Assembly: GCA_002010065.2 (NCBI GenBank) | Contig: MTMD02000002.1 | Span: 1 to 64,000 of the forward strand | DNA from: Candidatus Pyrohabitans jungbluthii | GTDB taxonomy: Archaea > Hydrothermarchaeota > Hydrothermarchaeia > Hydrothermarchaeales > BMS3B | DNA length: 64,000 nt | Direction: 5' to 3' | Part shown: in pieces, positions 59,071-64,000 of the stretch | Numbering within the stretch: position 1 is the first letter of the stretch | Layout of the letters: every line of letters begins with the position of its first letter | The notes under the pieces: model-generated | What the model was told of the DNA's origin: nothing | The model's input: the letters and a program-made list of their open reading frames with translations, nothing else | Database searches by the model: none | Translations under genes and position numbers: made by a program

Positions 59071-60711
59071 ATGTTCAAACCTGCGCGTATGCTTAAACTT
59101 TTCTGCATAATCCATGAATCCACCCTTGAGCAGGTGGTGGAGCAGCTTCAGCATTTAGCTTGTGTGCAGTTCTTCAATGTGAGGGAGCACTTCCGCTTTC
59201 TAAAGCCAGTTGATACCAGAAAGAAGGAGATTCTCGCCCTCGAGGAGAGAATTTCCGTGTTGCTCGCTGATTTAAAGTCTGAGGCAAGGGCAAGCTTTCT
59301 TGAGAGGCTCATTGGCCCAAAGGTTGTGCCCGTGGAGATAATTGAGAGGGGGGAGAGTTTCGATAAGATAGAGAGGGAAGTAGAGGAGGTTGAGAGAGCC
59401 TACCTTGCCTTCTGTGAGAAACTCTCTGAGATTCACCGCGAGCTAAAAGAGGTGGAGGAGGAGATAAGCAGGGTAAAGAGGGAGGCGATTGACATAGAGG
59501 CGCTGCCAGAGGACAGTGATCTAAAGAGGAGGTACGAAGAGCTTGGGCAGGAGAGGGAGGCAAAGGAGAGGCGCTTGCACGAGGCTGAGGCTGAGCTTAC
59601 CCTCTTTAAAAAGAAGAGCTACTCGCATCTTCTCGCCCTGAAGGAGAGGCTAAAGAACATCAAGATTAGAGTAGAGGCTCTGGAAAAATTCGGACGCTCG
59701 CGCAGCATCATCATCTTTGCTGGCTGGGTACCTGAAAAACACAGGGAGCGCGTACGTAGCGCCATTGAAGAAGCTGCCAGAGGTCTTGCAATTCTGGAGT
59801 TCTATCCTCCTGGTAAAGATGAATCACCGCCCATCCTCCTGGAAAACCCGCGGATTATAAAACCTTACGAGGTGCTGACCACCACCTATGGTTTGCCGGA
59901 GTACAACGGCATAGATCCCACACCTATCCTCGCGATAACTTTCACTGCGATGTTTGGAATGATGTTTGCTGATGTTGGCTACGGGTTAGCGCTTAGCCTT
60001 CTCGGCCTCATCCTCTACTTTCTCACCACCCACCGTGAAAGGGTGCTGAAGGACATAAATCTCATAGTTTTTTACGCTGGCACCGCTTCTGTATTTTTCG
60101 GCCTGCTTGCAGGCGAGTTTTTCGGCGGACTTCTGGAAATTAAGCCCCTCCTTGGTAGCTACATGCAGAACATCCAACTTTTGCTTGCGCTCTCCTTCCT
60201 CCTAGGCATTACTCACATCTCCATAAGTCTCCTTTCGAGAGTGGTATCCCTGAGGGGTGTGAGCTACCCCCTTTCGCTGCTCTTTATCCTCTGGGGCTCA
60301 GTGGTTTACCTGGCACTACCCCAGTTCAAGGCTCCCTCTTCATTAATCCTCATCGCAGGCATCGCCCTGCTCGCAAGAGATAAGGGCTTGGAGGCAATAG
60401 AAGAGCTCATCGCCCTTACGGCTAACATAATATCATACGCAAGAGTCGGTGCACTGGCGGTGATTCACGTTACCATGGCGAGGCTCCTGATGGGGGTGGT
60501 AGAAAGCATACAGGATGGAGTGGTTGGGGTAATCATCGCCACCTTCCTTTTCGCTCTTGGCGCTGCCTTTATCCTCGCTTCAAGCACATTCATAGTCTTC
60601 ATCCAATCGCTGCGCCTTCACTGGCTGGAGTTCTTCCGCAGATTCTACTCTGGGAAGGGGGAAATGTTTAAGCCCTTTGCCTATATACATGAATATATAT
60701 ACCTCCTGTGA
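59071..60711 (+). CDS. A/V-type ATPase subunit I (a), stand-alone
   Basis: IDPTP, FGMMFADVGYG, SYAR, LRLHWLEFF..FY.G.G..F.PF. Confidence 0.88.
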   Translation: MFKPARMLKLFCIIHESTLEQVVEQLQHLACVQFFNVREHFRFLKPVDTRKKEILALEERISVLLADLKSEARASFLERLIGPKVVPVEIIERGESFDKIEREVEEVERAYLAFCEKLSEIHRELKEVEEEISRVKREAIDIEALPEDSDLKRRYEELGQEREAKERRLHEAEAELTLFKKKSYSHLLALKERLKNIKIRVEALEKFGRSRSIIIFAGWVPEKHRERVRSAIEEAARGLAILEFYPPGKDESPPILLENPRIIKPYEVLTTTYGLPEYNGIDPTPILAITFTAMFGMMFADVGYGLALSLLGLILYFLTTHRERVLKDINLIVFYAGTASVFFGLLAGEFFGGLLEIKPLLGSYMQNIQLLLALSFLLGITHISISLLSRVVSLRGVSYPLSLLFILWGSVVYLALPQFKAPSSLILIAGIALLARDKGLEAIEELIALTANIISYARVGALAVIHVTMARLLMGVVESIQDGVVGVIIATFLFALGAAFILASSTFIVFIQSLRLHWLEFFRRFYSGKGEMFKPFAYIHEYIYLL

Positions 60712-60720
60712 GGCTTTGCA

Positions 60721-61137
60721 ATGATATCCAGGATACTCCTCGCCACGGACGGCTCCGCCTTTTCAGAGCTTGCCGGAGAGTATGCCCTGTACTTAGCTGA
60801 GAAGCTTGGGGCAAGGTTGACGGCGCTCCACGTTTTAAAACTCGAGCCTCCAAAGAGGCTCTCGCCAGAGGAAGTGGACGCTGAGAAGGCTAGGGCAGTT
60901 AAAACGATTTTTCATAGCCTTGAGAAGGCTGCCGCTGAGAGGGGTATGGAACTGGAAACAAAGGTGCTCATCTCACGCGATGTTGGTGGGGCAATCGTTG
61001 AGGAGGCAAGGCTCGGGAAGTATGAGCTGGTGGTGATAGGAAGTCTCGGCAAAACTGGCTTAAAGAAACTCCTCATGGGCAGCGTCTCTGAGCAGGTGGT
61101 TAAGCACGCACCATGCCCCGTGCTTGTCGTGAGATAG
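60721..61137 (+). CDS. Universal stress protein
   Basis: ILLATDGS, VIGSLG, MGSVSEQV, PCPVLVV. Confidence 0.92.
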   Translation: MISRILLATDGSAFSELAGEYALYLAEKLGARLTALHVLKLEPPKRLSPEEVDAEKARAVKTIFHSLEKAAAERGMELETKVLISRDVGGAIVEEARLGKYELVVIGSLGKTGLKKLLMGSVSEQVVKHAPCPVLVVR

Positions 61138-61279
61138 CTAAAAAACTGAAATAAACAAAATTCTTGCGTTTATTGCGGAATAACATACATTTCGTGGGTT
61201 TTATCTATCGCATATAAACGATTTTTAAGGATATTTTAAATCCCCCTATGCCCAAATGTAAACCATGGAGGTGAGCAGA

Positions 61280-62332
61280 ATGAAAAGGTTGGTAATGCTC
61301 TGGATGGTAATCATGTTTTTGATGCCGACCAGTGCTCTCGCACAGGAAACTGGCACAGGCGATACAGCAAACGACACAGTGAGCGAGGAAGAGGCCGGCA
61401 TAGCCCCTGACTCCTTCCTGTACCTATTCGACAGGCTATTTGAGAAGCTTGAGCTTGCCCTCGCCTTGAGCGAGGAGGCAAAGATAAAGGTACGCCTGAA
61501 GCATGCAGAGGAGAGGCTGGCAGAGATTAAGCTGATGCAGAAGAAGAACAAGACCAAGGTCATAGTAAAGCTGAGCAATGAATACCAGAAGGAGATTGAA
61601 GAGGTGGAAAAGGAAATTGAGGAGGCAGAGAAAAAGGGCAAGAATGTAACGGAGATCAAGGTAAAAGCCGTCGAGGCTACGGCAAAGCATCTCGAGGTTC
61701 TGCAGTGGGTTTATCAGCTTGTGCCTCCTGAGGCGAAGCCCGCGATTGAGCACGCGCTCAACGTTTCGCGGAGGGGACATGAGAAGATAAAGATGAAGTT
61801 CGAGACCAACGCCGGCGAGCTGGAGATAAAGGTGGGCAAGAAGGGCGTGAAGATAGAGCTTGAGTCCAAGATTCCAAAAGAGGAGCGCGCAAAAGCAGGG
61901 AAGCAGAAGGATGGACATGGTGAAGAGGGCAAGATAAAGGCGGAGGTCAAGGGCAGCGTAACCGAGGTTGAGGTGGAGCTCGCCGACGAGGAGTACAAGC
62001 TAACACTGAACACAACGCAGAGAGATGAGATAGTGGAAGAGATAGCAAACATCACAGGGTTAACGCCAAACGAAGTGGAGCAGCTTCTGGAGCTTAAAGT
62101 GGAAAAGGAAGAGCATAAACCAAAGACCAAGATGAAGACAGAAGTCGAGGTTGAAGAGGAAGAGTCTGAGACGAAGGTGGAAATAGAAGTGAAGAAGGAA
62201 GAGAGCGAGGAGAAGTCTGAGGTGAAGGTAGAGATCGAGGAAGAAGAGGAAGAGCACAGGGAGAAGCCCAAGGCGGAAGTAGAAATTGAGATAGAGGGTG
62301 CCGGAAGTACCAGAAGAGGCTGGGGCAGGTAA
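61280..62332 (+). CDS. Secreted DUF5667-like protein with acidic EVEIE-repeat tail
   Basis: Signal peptide, AGIAPDSFLY, AEERLAE, KHLEVL; GAGGTGA SD. Confidence 0.75.
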   Translation: MKRLVMLWMVIMFLMPTSALAQETGTGDTANDTVSEEEAGIAPDSFLYLFDRLFEKLELALALSEEAKIKVRLKHAEERLAEIKLMQKKNKTKVIVKLSNEYQKEIEEVEKEIEEAEKKGKNVTEIKVKAVEATAKHLEVLQWVYQLVPPEAKPAIEHALNVSRRGHEKIKMKFETNAGELEIKVGKKGVKIELESKIPKEERAKAGKQKDGHGEEGKIKAEVKGSVTEVEVELADEEYKLTLNTTQRDEIVEEIANITGLTPNEVEQLLELKVEKEEHKPKTKMKTEVEVEEEESETKVEIEVKKEESEEKSEVKVEIEEEEEEHREKPKAEVEIEIEGAGSTRRGWGR

Positions 62333-62342
62333 TTTCCCGAAC

Positions 62343-63266
62343 CTACCCCTTCCCTCCAAACTCTTTTTTTAGAATAAGCCTGTTTGTCTTGCGGTAAGGC
62401 TCCTTTTTTATTATCCCCTTCTCCTCCAGGTTTCGCACCAGTTTGCTCACCTTCGCCTTGGAAAAGCCGGTCTGCTTGACAATCTCCTCCTGCAGTATTT
62501 CTCCCTTCTCCGCCAGGAGGTCGTATATTTTCTGCTCATCCTCTCTGAGCACTAGCTTGACGATTTTGCTCTGCTCCTCTCCCCGCCTCTTTTTCTGGTA
62601 AGCGAAATATGCATACGTAAGCGCTGCTCCCAAGGCAAGTCCCAAGAACGCCAAGGCATAGGCTGAGCGCTGCTCCTGCCTAACTGTGGTGTACATCACA
62701 AAAATCCTGAAGCTCTCGCGAGGCGAAAGTTCCCACTTCTTCCACATCACTATTATGTGCTCCCCATCGGTGAGAATCTTCTCCGGCGTTGGATAAACCG
62801 CGGCTATCGCCTCGCCGGTGCCCCGCTGCTCCGACACGAGAACGCTGCCCTTAGGGAGCTTGACCATAAAGGTAAAGTTGACCACCCTCACCTCGGGCAC
62901 GTAGCTCATGGTAAGTATGTTATCCCCGCGGTAGCTGGATACCACCTCAGGCAGGGTAAAGACAAATCGCAGCCTCTGGCTTTCGCCCGTCTGGAGCTTC
63001 TTACGCAGGGGCACCACCAGGGTATTGTCTTCAATGAAAACTTCAAGCTCGCCCTCCTCGTCGTACACCTCTACCTGCGAGGGCATCGCAGCAATCGCGT
63101 ACTCCACCGCTGAGATATTGCCCTTTAGATTTACAACGGTGAAGGAGACCTCCTCTACGGCGTTGCCCTGGTAATCAGGCGCAATCGATATGGTGTAGTC
63201 TCTGAAGTGGTACTCTTGAGCGGCAGCTACGGGTATGAGCAGTAGGAAGAGGATTATGAATCTCAT
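62343..63266 (-). CDS. Membrane-anchored wHTH regulator (COG2512-like)
   Basis: Signal peptide, extracellular beta domain, TM, LREDE..Q.EI..TGFSKAKVS..LEEKG. Confidence 0.82.
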   Translation of the reverse strand: MRFIILFLLLIPVAAAQEYHFRDYTISIAPDYQGNAVEEVSFTVVNLKGNISAVEYAIAAMPSQVEVYDEEGELEVFIEDNTLVVPLRKKLQTGESQRLRFVFTLPEVVSSYRGDNILTMSYVPEVRVVNFTFMVKLPKGSVLVSEQRGTGEAIAAVYPTPEKILTDGEHIIVMWKKWELSPRESFRIFVMYTTVRQEQRSAYALAFLGLALGAALTYAYFAYQKKRRGEEQSKIVKLVLREDEQKIYDLLAEKGEILQEEIVKQTGFSKAKVSKLVRNLEEKGIIKKEPYRKTNRLILKKEFGGKG

Positions 63267-63298
63267 TGACTAAAAATTGATTCGCTGCTCAAATAAAG

Positions 63299-63325
63299 GT
63301 TACCCGCAACTGTGTTGCGGGTGAC
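63299..63325. promoter_or_regulatory. 12-bp-arm inverted repeat between divergent promoters
   Basis: GTTACCCGCAAC-TGT-GTTGCGGGTGAC (one G-T mismatch). Confidence 0.5.
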
Positions 63326-63376
63326 GAACTTTGCCAGGGCAGGTATTAAATACAAAGAGAGCGCATACCTTTGGGC

Positions 63377-64000
63377 ATGGAAATTGGTGTTGTGGGCAAG
63401 CCAAACGTGGGCAAGAGCACCTTCTTCAGTGCTGCCACGCTGAGTAAGGCGGAGATAGCTAACTACCCCTTTACCACCGTTGAAGCAAACAAAGCGGTAG
63501 CCTTCGTGCGTGTTCCCGAGCCCGCGGTGGAGCTTGGAGTTACGCCAAACCCGCGCAACTCTCTCACTATGGGAGGCTATCGCTTCGTGCCCGTGGAGAT
63601 GATAGACGTCGCGGGCTTGGTGCCAAAAGCGCACGAAGGCAGAGGCTTGGGAAATAAGTTTCTGGACGACCTGCGCCAGGCGGGGGCGCTCATCCATGTC
63701 GTCGACGCCTGCGGTGCGACGGACGAGGAAGGAAATCCGCTAAAGCCAGGAGAGCACGACCCTCGCAAGGATGTGCGCTTCCTTGAGGAGGAGATTGAGC
63801 TGTGGTTCTTCGGCATATTCCAGCGAAACTGGGAGAAGCTTTCCCGCAGAGTTCAGCTCGCTGGCGAGAGCTTTGAGCACCTCTTCCAGGAGCTCTTCGC
63901 CGGCTTGGGGATACGCGAGGCACATGTGCAGCTTGCGCTCAGAGAGACAGGCTTAGACCCTAAGAAACCGGCACAGTGGAGCCAGGAGGAACTCTTCTCC
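63377..64000 (+). CDS. ychF: YchF/Obg-family ATPase, runs off window end
   Basis: Manual translation MEIGVVGKPNVGKSTFF..IANYPFTT..DVAGLVP.AHEGRGLGNKFLDDLR. Confidence 0.93.
   Translation, partial: MEIGVVGKPNVGKSTFFSAATLSKAEIANYPFTTVEANKAVAFVRVPEPAVELGVTPNPRNSLTMGGYRFVPVEMIDVAGLVPKAHEGRGLGNKFLDDLRQAGALIHVVDACGATDEEGNPLKPGEHDPRKDVRFLEEEIELWFFGIFQRNWEKLSRRVQLAGESFEHLFQELFAGLGIREAHVQLALRETGLDPKKPAQWSQEELFS

Noticed and set aside
62060-62300. GAA/GAG-rich periodic DNA suggesting a repeat array or CRISPR
   Set aside because: Explained by the Glu/Lys/Val low-complexity coding tail; no constant repeat with spacers
63300-63345. Resemblance to a cobalamin riboswitch core (CCCGCAACTGT...GACGAA...GCCA)
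   Set aside because: The upstream AGGGAA/GGTG-AATCC elements and the downstream B12 box are missing; a simple palindrome explains it

Overview
This is 64 kb of chromosome from a moderately GC-rich euryarchaeal genome with H4MPT/methanofuran C1 chemistry. The gene content (mch, mptG, mfnDEF, alba, HARP, radB, deoxyhypusine synthase, GGR, secDF-trkAH, plus bacterial-type grpE-dnaK-dnaJ, hemE and spoVG) would fit a Hydrothermarchaeota/Archaeoglobi/Methanomicrobia-like lineage; that placement is inference only. Most of the window is dense housekeeping sequence. It is interrupted by AT-richer inserts: a glycoside-hydrolase/beta-helix lipoprotein (1.35-3.9 kb), an amidohydrolase+RimI pair between two paaK paralogs next to a decayed paaK 3'-end copy (25.7-27.3 kb), a ~4 kb array of eight co-oriented unknown genes of which four are paralogous membrane proteins (30.3-34.3 kb), and an AAA_14 ATPase (42.6-44.1 kb). 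I recognised no tRNA, rRNA, CRISPR array, integrase or transposase. The best leads are the paralog array, a ferredoxin-fused CdhE/HgcA-like corrinoid protein lacking the TIM barrel, an archaeal spoVG with a three-hairpin leader, an HSR1/Phr-type operator on the dnaK operon, a degenerate M24 peptidase, and two small ORFs joined in frame by a single TAG. All calls come from motif recognition; no database search was run.
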